A stretch of 64,000 nucleotides of DNA from Gemmatimonadota bacterium (GTDB lineage Bacteria; Gemmatimonadota; Gemmatimonadetes; Gemmatimonadales; GWC2-71-9). Position numbers and translations under genes: made by a program. How positions within the stretch are numbered: position 1 is the first letter of the stretch; every line of letters starts with the position of its first letter. Below, piece after piece: positions 20,432-28,776 of the stretch. Location of the stretch: the NCBI GenBank assembly GCA_036679645.1, contig JAZDCY010000076.1:1-64000 (forward strand), in the 5' to 3' direction. The notes below the pieces were generated by a model. It saw nothing but the letters and a program-made list of their open reading frames with translations, was not told the DNA's origin and searched no databases.

Positions 20432-22654
20432 ATGCGGCACCCCAATCACAAGAACCTATCCGAGCGCTCGACGATGAGATCGATGACCATAGGGGCGGCG
20501 GTCTTCATTCCGCTGTCGATTCTCGGGTTCGGCGAAGCTCCCTCCGCCTTTCCGCCCTCCCGCCTTTCCGCTCCCTGTTTCTCCGCAGCCCTCCCGGAGA
20601 TCCAGGCGGCCGTGACACGAGAAGATTCCCTGGCGCTCGCGGCGCAGTATGGGCGCGAGCCGCCGGGTGGTGACGAGGGATGCGGTAGAATGCTGGAAGG
20701 CTACCTCGTAGGGATGACGTCGACCCCTGCCGAAGACGAGTGGCGCGACCGGCAGCGCGCCGTCGGCCTGCTCGAGCGGGCGTTGCGGTACACGAGCGAC
20801 GAGCCGCGCATCTACCTCGCCATGGGGCTGCTGCTCTACCACCGGCAGGCGCGCACCGATGCGGTCCGCAGCCTGGGCCGCGCGCTGGATCGACGGGACC
20901 GCGGTGAGGTCCCCCTTACGGCACGCGAGATCGCGGTCATTCACTACATCCGTGGCCTCATAGCGCAGGACCACTGGCGAGACTGGCGCAGTTTCGGGGC
21001 GCTCGATGCGACCTCGGGTGGCCAATGGCATTGCGGGCGGTACGAGTCGCCCGCGAGTGAGAACTTCACCAGCTCTTCAGACGACCACACGTGGCTTGTC
21101 TTTCTGAACCAGCTGTGCCCCGAGACGTTCTCCCGCAACATGGAGACGTTCTTCGAGCCACGCGCGGACATGAACCTTAGGAATTTCGTCGATCTCCAGG
21201 CCGCCTTTCGCGAGGCGATCGCAACCGACTCTAGTTACATCCTCCCCTACGAGGCGCTGCTGGGCGAGTACGTCTACATGGAGATGTGGGTTGAGGCGGA
21301 GCCGCTTGCGAAGACGCTCTACGAACGCCTGCCCGAGCAGTATCGCTCGTATCTGTATCTGGGTTTGGTGATGCACGAGACGGGACGCGACTCGATTGCC
21401 GCACCTATCTTCGCACGCTCCTTTCTCTACATGCCCGACTCCATGATTGCCGAGTTCGAGAACATCGGCGCGTTGCTCCAGCCGGAGCAACAGGAGTGGT
21501 TTGCCGAGGCGGACGAAAACACCAGGCGCGCGGCCACGACCGCGTACTGGAACTCGCTGGACCCGCTCTACCTCACGACCGAGAACGAGCGAAAACTCGA
21601 GCACTACGCGCGGATGACTGCGGCGGAGCTCGTACTCAGCTCGCGGACATTGCGTGAGCGTGGATGGTCATCCTATGCCGGTGAGATCTGGATTCGCTAC
21701 GGGCGGCCGCTCCACATGTGGGAGCTCAAGATCCCGGCGGGCCGAGTCGTGTTCTGGGATTACGGCGAGGGACCCGATGTCTCCTTTACACGTGGTAGCG
21801 CGTACCGGAGTTACCGAGCCACAGACGAAGCGCGGCAGTATACGAACCGGCTGCAGCGCACGTCACCCCAGGCATATGCCGCCACCGCACTGCTCGATAG
21901 CGTGGAGGCCCTGGGATACCAGGTAGTTCGCCTGCTGGATCCGGACGACCGGCCTCAGTTCCTCATCTATACAGATTGGCCGTCGCGGTATGCACCCGAG
22001 ACGTTGGCGGGTCTAACGCTGTTCGACGCGCAGTTCTTGCCGGTTGCCCAGTGGCGAGGGGGGAAACCCGACCGCCCCGGCCTCCGAGCCGAGCTGAACG
22101 GTCTGTCTCCCGGATCGTACTCCCTTACCGTCGAGATGTGGGACAGGGCTACGCGGCAATTGGGTCGCGTGCGCGATACGTTGTCCACGCTATCGATCGA
22201 GGACTCCGCGTTCACGGTAAGCGACATCCTGTTGGCGACCGAGATCCGGTCCGTGGTGGGCGACGATGCGACGAGCCGACGGGACATCCGCATCGAGCCG
22301 CTCTGGGGAGGGACCCTCGACCGCGGTCAGACGCTCGGTCTGTATTGGGAATCGTACCGGTTGTCCGGTGAACGTGACGGACGCATGCGATACCGTGTGA
22401 GGCTCGAGGTGTTGGACGCTTCCCGTCGTCCCATCATTGCCCGTGTGTTGAGCGGTGTGGGAGTGAGCAGAGACCGGTCGCCAGCCACACGCATCGAGTA
22501 CGATTCGAATCGGCCACTTGCGAACGGGCGGGCGGTAGAGTGGCTCGAACTCACCGGTGAGCTGGCGGCTGGGGAGTACCGAATTGTCTTGACTCTGAAG
22601 GACGAAGACTCCGGGCGGGAAGTGAAGAGGGAGCGAGCGTTGATGGTTAGGTAG
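20432..22654 (+). CDS. GWxTD-domain protein with TPR-like N-terminus, exported; start uncertain
   Basis: 'YWNSLDPLYLTTENERKLEHYAR...GWSSYAGEIWIRYGRP' and C-terminal 'SDILLA...LYWESY...GEYRIVLTLKD'. Confidence 0.75.
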   Translation: MRHPNHKNLSERSTMRSMTIGAAVFIPLSILGFGEAPSAFPPSRLSAPCFSAALPEIQAAVTREDSLALAAQYGREPPGGDEGCGRMLEGYLVGMTSTPAEDEWRDRQRAVGLLERALRYTSDEPRIYLAMGLLLYHRQARTDAVRSLGRALDRRDRGEVPLTAREIAVIHYIRGLIAQDHWRDWRSFGALDATSGGQWHCGRYESPASENFTSSSDDHTWLVFLNQLCPETFSRNMETFFEPRADMNLRNFVDLQAAFREAIATDSSYILPYEALLGEYVYMEMWVEAEPLAKTLYERLPEQYRSYLYLGLVMHETGRDSIAAPIFARSFLYMPDSMIAEFENIGALLQPEQQEWFAEADENTRRAATTAYWNSLDPLYLTTENERKLEHYARMTAAELVLSSRTLRERGWSSYAGEIWIRYGRPLHMWELKIPAGRVVFWDYGEGPDVSFTRGSAYRSYRATDEARQYTNRLQRTSPQAYAATALLDSVEALGYQVVRLLDPDDRPQFLIYTDWPSRYAPETLAGLTLFDAQFLPVAQWRGGKPDRPGLRAELNGLSPGSYSLTVEMWDRATRQLGRVRDTLSTLSIEDSAFTVSDILLATEIRSVVGDDATSRRDIRIEPLWGGTLDRGQTLGLYWESYRLSGERDGRMRYRVRLEVLDASRRPIIARVLSGVGVSRDRSPATRIEYDSNRPLANGRAVEWLELTGELAAGEYRIVLTLKDEDSGREVKRERALMVR

Positions 22655-23669
22655 GCGCCCAGCTTCCTTGCTCGATGAGCTCCTGGCACACGTCGGCGGC
22701 GGAGCGCCCCGCGGCTTCGCCGGCGAAGTTCACCACGACACGGTGGCGCAGGACGGAGAGCGCCATCTTCTTCACGTCATCGAGATCGGCCATGGGCCGG
22801 CCGTCAAGGGCGGCCTGGGCTTTAGCGCCAAGTACCAGGTACTGTGATGCTCGCGGGCCGGCACCCCAACCAACGTATTCGTTGATCAGGGCCGTCGCGT
22901 CGGGCTCGCCGGGTCGCGTCATGCGGGCCAGCATGACGGCCCCGCGCACGACGTTGCGTGGTACGGGAATCCGCCGCACGAGTCGCTGCATCGCGAGCAG
23001 TTCATTTGCCCCGAAGACGGCCTGTACGTCGCGCAGGTCGTCACCAGTGGTTTCCTCGACGATCTGTTCCTCTTCTTCCCGGCTGGGGTAAGGAACGCGC
23101 ACCTCGAGCATGAAGCGGTCGAGCTGGGCTTCCGGCAGGGGATAGGTTCCCTCCTGCTCGATCGGATTCTGCGTAGCCAGAACGAAGAATGGTTCGGGTA
23201 ACGGATAGGTGGTGCCGGCCGTCGTCACCTCGTGTTCCTGCATGGCCTGCAACAAGGCCGCCTGTGTCTTGGGCGGTGTGCGGTTGATCTCGTCAGCCAG
23301 GATTACGTTGGCGAAGACGGGGCCATGAACAAACCGGAACGCGCGCTTTCCGGTGGTCAGATCCTCCTCGATGATCTCCGTCCCGGTGATGTCGCCCGGC
23401 ATGAGGTCCGGCGTGAACTGGATGCGTACGAACTTCAGGTTGAGTGCTTCGGCAACCGTTGACACGATGAGTGTCTTGGCTAGCCCGGGTACCCCCACCA
23501 GCAGGGCGTGACCGCCCGAGAGAATTGCCGTCATGATGCTGTCGATCACGTCGTCCTGGCCGACAATACGGTGCCGGACCTGCTCGATGAGAGAGTCACG
23601 CGCTCCGGTGAGCTGCTCGAGGAGCTGAACGTCGTCGCGGTCTTCGACGGCTGCTGGCTGTGCGTTCAC
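22647..23669 (-). CDS. moxR: MoxR family AAA+ ATPase
   Basis: GVPGLAKT, RIQFTPDLMP, DEINRTPPKTQ and ATQNPIEQEGTYPLPEAQLDRF. Confidence 0.93.
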   Translation of the reverse strand: MNAQPAAVEDRDDVQLLEQLTGARDSLIEQVRHRIVGQDDVIDSIMTAILSGGHALLVGVPGLAKTLIVSTVAEALNLKFVRIQFTPDLMPGDITGTEIIEEDLTTGKRAFRFVHGPVFANVILADEINRTPPKTQAALLQAMQEHEVTTAGTTYPLPEPFFVLATQNPIEQEGTYPLPEAQLDRFMLEVRVPYPSREEEEQIVEETTGDDLRDVQAVFGANELLAMQRLVRRIPVPRNVVRGAVMLARMTRPGEPDATALINEYVGWGAGPRASQYLVLGAKAQAALDGRPMADLDDVKKMALSVLRHRVVVNFAGEAAGRSAADVCQELIEQGSWAPT

Positions 23670-23903
23670 GATATCTCTGGTTCCAAGTGAGGCTGAAGTA
23701 TTCCCGGCATTGGTGACCCCCCGTCTCCTCCGGCTTCCCGCCTTCCCCGCCTCTCCTACGCCCAATCTGCCAAGATGTTGCAGTGGAAGCCTCTATCCTA
23801 ACTCTACTGGCCCTCCGGAGGCCACTGCCTCCATCGCTTGCGAAATTTTTCACAAGCCGATTAACTTTCCTCCGCGATGCCTAGGGGACCCGCTCAACGG
23901 GGT

Positions 23904-24101
23904 GTGCAGGAAGACATATACCGCTACTCGGGCCTTGGCTGTATGTTCGCGGCCGCGGTCCTGATGTTCATGGGACTTGGCTGGCTGCTCGACCGGTGGC
24001 TGGGGGTGTTTCCGGTGCTGATGCTGGTGGGGGCTCTGGTCGGCGCGGCGCTCGCGACCTACAGCATCTACAGGAGGCTGCTGGAGCGGGACAGCGAATG
24101 A
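23904..24101 (+). CDS. atpZ: AtpZ/AtpI-family ATP synthase accessory protein
   Basis: 'GLGWLLDRWLG..P' two-TM pattern at the head of the atp operon. Confidence 0.8.
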   Translation: MQEDIYRYSGLGCMFAAAVLMFMGLGWLLDRWLGVFPVLMLVGALVGAALATYSIYRRLLERDSE

Positions 24102-24457
24102 GGGGAGTCGGGTTGGCCGTTGTGCTGACGGGCCTCGTGACGGCCACCGCGGCGGTGGCGGGCGGTGCAGCCAGCGCGTTTCCGGCTGGCGCGGCGGGAA
24201 TGATGGCCGGCGCGATCCATCTGGTAGCGGTGCGCGTATTGAGACCGTCGCTCGTACCGCCCTTCGACGGGATGGTGGGACGCTGGACCGTTGGTCTGGG
24301 TCTGCGATTCGGTGGAATGGCCGTGGTCGCAGTAGCCCTGCTGGTACTGCCCGATCTCTTTCCGGCACTGCCGACCGCATTTGGGTTCCTGGGCGTCCTG
24401 ATACCGCTGCTGTTCACCGAGATGTGGATGTTGTGGCGCGCGATGAGCCACCGATGA
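24098..24457 (+). CDS. atpI: ATP synthase subunit I-like membrane protein
   Basis: Four-TM protein between atpZ and atpB with an ATGA overlap. Confidence 0.6.
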   Translation: MRGVGLAVVLTGLVTATAAVAGGAASAFPAGAAGMMAGAIHLVAVRVLRPSLVPPFDGMVGRWTVGLGLRFGGMAVVAVALLVLPDLFPALPTAFGFLGVLIPLLFTEMWMLWRAMSHR

Positions 24458-24485
24458 TGGAAAACGCGGGGGATCGGAGCTGAGA

Positions 24486-25340
24486 TTGATTCAAGACGTC
24501 GATATCGGCGAGTTGATGCTGCATCACGTCGCCGATGCCTATGCCATCGACTTTCCATTCTACAAGTGGGAGTATGGGAAGTTCTTGCCCGATTGGCATA
24601 TCGGCCCGCTCACGATCAATCTCACACCCACGAAGCACGTCTTCTTCATCGTGCTCGCAGCGACGCTAGTGTTCCTCTCGATGCGTCTTGCGGGAAGCGC
24701 GCTCAAACGACAACGAGCCTCGGAATCGGCACCGAAGGGTTTTGCCAATCTGATGGAAGCGTTCGTGCTGTGGGTGCGCGACGATATCGCCATCGGGAGC
24801 ATAGGGCCCGCTGGTGCCAGGTTTGCGCCGTACATCATGACGCTGTTCTTCTTCGTGCTCTACGCAAACCTGCTCGGCCTCTTTCCCTGGGGAGCAAGTG
24901 CGACGGGGAACCTCGGGGTCACGGCCGCGCTCGCGGCCATCTCGTTGCTCGTCATCGAGATCAGCGGGATGATGGCACTCGGGTTCAGCGGGTACATGGG
25001 CACGATCTTCATCTCGGTCCCCGGGATGAAAGGGCCGGGTGCGTTGTTCATCTCGGTGGCGATGTCGCCCATTGAGGTCATGGGTAAGGTGGTCAAGCCG
25101 TTCGCGCTCTGCATGCGACTGTTCGGCAACATGACCGCGGGACACTACGTGATCTTGGCGTTATTCGGAATGATCTTCCTCTTCGGCGAGGTCGCGATGT
25201 GGCGCTGGGCCATTGGGTTTGGCGCAGCAACGCTCGTCCTCGGCGTGATGATGCTCGAGATCATCGTGGCGTTCGTGCAGGCCTATGTATTTGCGTTGAT
25301 CACGGCGGTGCTGATTGGGATCAATCAGCATGCGCATTGA
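24486..25340 (+). CDS. atpB: F0 ATP synthase subunit a
   Basis: 'KPFALCMRLFGNMTAGH' and 'LEIIVAFVQAYVF'. Confidence 0.95.
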   Translation: MIQDVDIGELMLHHVADAYAIDFPFYKWEYGKFLPDWHIGPLTINLTPTKHVFFIVLAATLVFLSMRLAGSALKRQRASESAPKGFANLMEAFVLWVRDDIAIGSIGPAGARFAPYIMTLFFFVLYANLLGLFPWGASATGNLGVTAALAAISLLVIEISGMMALGFSGYMGTIFISVPGMKGPGALFISVAMSPIEVMGKVVKPFALCMRLFGNMTAGHYVILALFGMIFLFGEVAMWRWAIGFGAATLVLGVMMLEIIVAFVQAYVFALITAVLIGINQHAH

Positions 25341-25344
25341 AGAC

Positions 25345-25416
25345 AGACGCGTAGACGCGTAGACGCACAGACGCACAGACGCACAGACGCACAGACGCAC
25401 AGACGCACAGACGCAC
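25345..25416. repeat. 8-bp tandem repeat, 9 units
   Basis: (AGACGCGT)x2 followed by (AGACGCAC)x7, immediately after the atpB stop. Confidence 0.95.
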
Positions 25417-25622
25417 AGGTGCTCAGACAATAGATGGAGGTACCTGGGATGCCGTTTGCGCTTTGCCGCATCTCAGTTTCGTACCCGGGAGATTCCCGGG
25501 GAAGCCCGCTGGCCGAGTGGCCGTTGGCGGGTACCGCGGGACAGTCGCTCAGGGAGAGGCGGCTGCGATGCGGGAGGCGCAAAATGATTCTGCATCTCCC
25601 GAACTCAAGAGGGTGAATCCTC

Positions 25623-25904
25623 ATGATCATGAATCTGTTGCTCGCGGCGATCGCACAGGCGGAGCCCGCAGCCGTGGTTGCCGCTGCGGATTATTCTGTG
25701 TTGGGTGTTGGCATCGGTATCGGACTCGCGCTGATCGGTGCCGGTCTGGGATTGGGGAGGATTGGCGGTCAGGCGGCGGAAGCTATTGCGCGCCAGCCGG
25801 AGGCCGTGGCGGATATTCGCGGCACCGCCCTGCTCATCGCGTTTCTGATGGAGGGAGCCACGATCATCGCCGTCATCATGGCGCTGGCCGCGAAGCTCAT
25901 CTGA
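25623..25904 (+). CDS. atpE: F0 ATP synthase subunit c
   Basis: GxGxGxG, ARQPE loop and the conserved Glu in 'MEGA'. Confidence 0.95.
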   Translation: MIMNLLLAAIAQAEPAAVVAAADYSVLGVGIGIGLALIGAGLGLGRIGGQAAEAIARQPEAVADIRGTALLIAFLMEGATIIAVIMALAAKLI

Positions 25905-25905
25905 C

Positions 25906-26451
25906 GTGCTGTTCCTTGCGCTGATTCTTCAAGAAGCCGAACACGCTGAAGGCGGCGGCGGGCCGTTCACGGTCGAGCCGGGCTTGATCGTTTGGACATG
26001 GATCGTTTTCATCGCGCTGTTTTTTGTTCTGCGCCGGTATGCGTGGCCCGCCCTCCTCAGCGCGGCCGAGGAGCGCGAGAAGCGTATCGCGCGGCAGCTC
26101 GAGGAGGCGGAGCGGCAGAGTACCGAATCCAAGAAGTTGCTGGAAGAGCATCGGGCCATGGTCGCGAATGCGCGGCAGGAGGCGCACGAGCTGATTGGCG
26201 AAGCGAGGACCGTCGCGGAAGGAGAGCGGCAGCAGATCCTGGAAAAGGCTCGGGCCGATCAGGAGCAGATGATCGATCGGGCCAAACGCGAGATCGATGC
26301 GGAGAAGGACCGAGCGATCTCGGATCTGCGCCGTGAGGCAGTCGATCTCTCGCTTGCCGCCGCGTCCCGCCTCGTGGGCGAGCGGCTCGACAATGAAGCC
26401 AACCGCAAGCTGGTGCGAGAGTACCTCGGATCGCTCGAGGCAAAGCATTGA
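25906..26451 (+). CDS. atpF: F0 ATP synthase subunit b
   Basis: N-terminal TM 'GLIVWTWIVF..LRRYAWP' followed by a charged coiled coil. Confidence 0.93.
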   Translation: MLFLALILQEAEHAEGGGGPFTVEPGLIVWTWIVFIALFFVLRRYAWPALLSAAEEREKRIARQLEEAERQSTESKKLLEEHRAMVANARQEAHELIGEARTVAEGERQQILEKARADQEQMIDRAKREIDAEKDRAISDLRREAVDLSLAAASRLVGERLDNEANRKLVREYLGSLEAKH

Positions 26452-26984
26452 GAGAAGAGACGATTGCCAGGAACTACGCTGAGGCGTTGTTCCAGGTCGG
26501 TGAACGCAACGAATACACGGAACGGTTTGCAGATTTGCTCGATGCGTTGGGTGGAGCCATCGAGACCGATGAGCAGATTCGCGTCGTGCTCGAGTCTCCA
26601 CGCGTGTCGAAGCGCCAGAAGAGTAAGATTCTGCGCCGCGCTCTCGAGGGCTTCGCACCCGAACCATTCCTGCGGTTTCTCGAAGCGGTCGTGAAACGTG
26701 GCCGGCAGGGAATCCTCCCGGCGATCAGTCGGGAGTTCCAGGGTCTCGTCGACATCAAGTTCAACCGGGTTCATGCCGGCGTCGTGTTAGCACGGGATCC
26801 GGATGCGGCGTTGCGTGACGAGATTCGCGACCGGTTGTCTGAGATCCTTGCCAAGGATGTCGTCACCCACATTCGCACCAACCCAGACATCATTGGTGGG
26901 ATCGTGGTGCGTGTGGGTGATCGGGTAATGGATGGATCGATCCGGCGGAAACTCAAGCGATTGCGCCGGCAGATGCTGGGATAG
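26448..26984 (+). CDS. atpH: F1 ATP synthase subunit delta
   Basis: 'IARNYAEALF' and 'PDIIGGIVVRVGDRVMDGSI'. Confidence 0.95.
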   Translation: MREETIARNYAEALFQVGERNEYTERFADLLDALGGAIETDEQIRVVLESPRVSKRQKSKILRRALEGFAPEPFLRFLEAVVKRGRQGILPAISREFQGLVDIKFNRVHAGVVLARDPDAALRDEIRDRLSEILAKDVVTHIRTNPDIIGGIVVRVGDRVMDGSIRRKLKRLRRQMLG

Positions 26985-27012
26985 GAGAGGTCGGTTGGTT
27001 TGGACCAGGAGG

Positions 27013-27039
27013 AGCCCTCGGCGATGCCGGGGGCTTTTT
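27013..27039 (+). terminator. Rho-independent terminator after atpH
   Basis: AGCCCTCGGC-GAT-GCCGGGGGCT stem-loop followed by a T run. Confidence 0.8.
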
Positions 27040-27040
27040 C

Positions 27041-27404
27041 AACCCCGGGCTGATGCCCGGGGTTGGGGGAAGTGCTGAGTTCGGGGCCCGGGGGCGAGTT
27101 GTTGGAAGGGGTGGATCTCCTTGAACCCCAGGCTTGCGCCTGGGGTGGGGGGAAGTGCTGAGTTCGGGTCCTGGGGGCGAGCTGTTGGAAGGGGTGGATC
27201 TCCTTGAACCCCAGGCTTGCGCCTGGGGTCGGGGGAGCGTGCAGGATTGGGGCTCGGGTTTGAGTCGTGGGGCAGGGAGGATTTCCTAAACCCCAGGCTT
27301 GCGCCTGGGGTCGGGGGAAGTGCTGGGTTCGGGGCCTGGGTGTGAGTGTGGGCGCAGGGGAGCATCTCTTGAACCCCGGGCTGACGCCCGGGGTCGGGGG
27401 AGCG
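27041..27404. repeat. Array of five REP-like hairpins, period ~83 bp
   Basis: ACCCC(A/G)GGC-N4-GCC(T/C)GGGGT at ~27042, 27125, 27208, 27290 and 27373, each followed by a G-rich GGGGGA tract. Confidence 0.9.
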
Positions 27405-27425
27405 AGGTGAACATTGGGAGGGCGG

Positions 27426-28304
27426 ATGGAAGAGCAAGTTGGGTTCATTGGGCTTGGTGCTATTGGGTGGCCGATGGCGGCGCATGTGGCTCGCGCGTGT
27501 GAGACGGTCGTATGGAACCGTACATTCAGCCGCGCACAGGAGTTTGCCGGTCAGCACGGGGCGACGGCGGTGGAGCAGGTCGAGGCCCTGGTAGCTGAAT
27601 GCGAGGTCGTCATCACGTGTCTGCCCACGTCGCGCGAGGTGCGCGAGGTAATCGAGGCGGCGGGCAGTGCCTGGCACGAGGGGCAGCTCGTGATCGATGC
27701 GACGTCGGGTGATCCGGCGGGATCGCGCGACAACGCGCAGTGGCTTGCGGAGCGCGGTGTCGGGTTTGTCGATGCGCCGGTGAGTGGGGGAACGAGTGGG
27801 GCGGAGGCGGGCACGCTCACGGTGATGTTGGGTGGCGACCCGGAGTTGGTGGAACGTGCGCGAGGCTACCTGCCGTATGCGGGGAAGATCGAGCACGTCG
27901 GTCCTGTCGGGGCAGGGCACGGGCTCAAGGCAATCAACAACGCGCTGCTTGCCTTGAATATTGTTGCGGTGGGTGAGGGCCTCGCCGCGCTGGTGAAGCT
28001 CGGTGTCTCGGCACAGCGCGCGGTCGATGTGATCAACGCGTCGAGCGGGCGCTCCAATGTGACGGAGAACCTGATTCCCGAGCGCGTCCTCACGCGTGCG
28101 TGGCCGCGCACGTTCTCGGCGGCGTTGCTGGACAAGGACATAGGTGTTGCGTTGGAGGTGCTGAAGGATACGTCGGTTGCGTCAGAGCTTTATCCGGCGG
28201 TGAAGCGGCACTTCGAGAAGGCGCGGAAGGTGTTGGACGCCGAGGCGGATCATGTGGAGGTGATCAAGCCGATCGAGGAGCAGGCGGGGGTGGAGATCGA
28301 ATGA
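27426..28304 (+). CDS. NAD(P)-dependent beta-hydroxyacid dehydrogenase (3-hydroxyisobutyrate DH family)
   Basis: GFIGLGAIGWPMA, DAPVSGG and 'GAGHGLKAINN'. Confidence 0.92.
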   Translation: MEEQVGFIGLGAIGWPMAAHVARACETVVWNRTFSRAQEFAGQHGATAVEQVEALVAECEVVITCLPTSREVREVIEAAGSAWHEGQLVIDATSGDPAGSRDNAQWLAERGVGFVDAPVSGGTSGAEAGTLTVMLGGDPELVERARGYLPYAGKIEHVGPVGAGHGLKAINNALLALNIVAVGEGLAALVKLGVSAQRAVDVINASSGRSNVTENLIPERVLTRAWPRTFSAALLDKDIGVALEVLKDTSVASELYPAVKRHFEKARKVLDAEADHVEVIKPIEEQAGVEIE

Positions 28305-28396
28305 TTGCAGATTGCGGATTTGCAATTGCGCTGTTTCACCTATGTCTCGGCCGAGCGTATCTTCCGTGATGGGCCGGTTCCCACGAGGAGTACTAG

Positions 28397-28620
28397 GTGC
28401 CGGTCACGGCGAAGTTCTCGAAAGAGTTTTGGGAGTGGACTGGTTCAACGCTGTGGACGCTACTTACCGATCGGACTTCAAGGATCTATTCGACACGAGC
28501 TTCGGGAGGCTCGAAGCCATCCTCGACTCGCGGCTTGTCCAATTCGAGGCCAAGCTCGACCGGCGGTTGGTAGATATCGAGGCCAAGTGGGACAAGCTGT
28601 TCGCGGGCCTCAAGCGGGGA
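28397..28620 (+). pseudogene. Degraded paralog of the coiled-coil gene at 60822-61337
   Basis: RBS GAGGAG, then 'MPVTAKFSKEF' followed by a deletion/frameshift into 'VDWFNAVDATYRSDFKDLF'. Confidence 0.85.
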
Positions 28621-28647
28621 TGCTCGAGGCGCGGGCTCGCTCCTTCA

Positions 28648-28776
28648 TCATTTCCCTTGCAGCAATACCGGGTGGCGCAGGCTGCCGGTGGTCTTGATCT
28701 CCTGGACGAGCCGCGTGTTTGATATGGTATAGCGATCGGCGAGCGCGGTGGGGAGGCGGTCGAGTTGATCGGTCAC
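28648..28776 (-). pseudogene. eSTK 5' remnant with internal deletion
   Basis: MTDQLDRLPTALADRYTI|SNTRLVQEIKTTGSLRHP; its GTG overlaps the TGA of the upstream kinase. Confidence 0.8.

Noticed and set aside
25623..25904. Na+-translocating ATP synthase
   Set aside because: The c subunit has 'MEGA', lacking the E-S/T pair and upstream Gln typical of Na+ binding.
27041..27404. CRISPR array
   Set aside because: The linkers are homologous to each other (the first two are nearly identical), the repeats vary, and no cas gene or leader is present.
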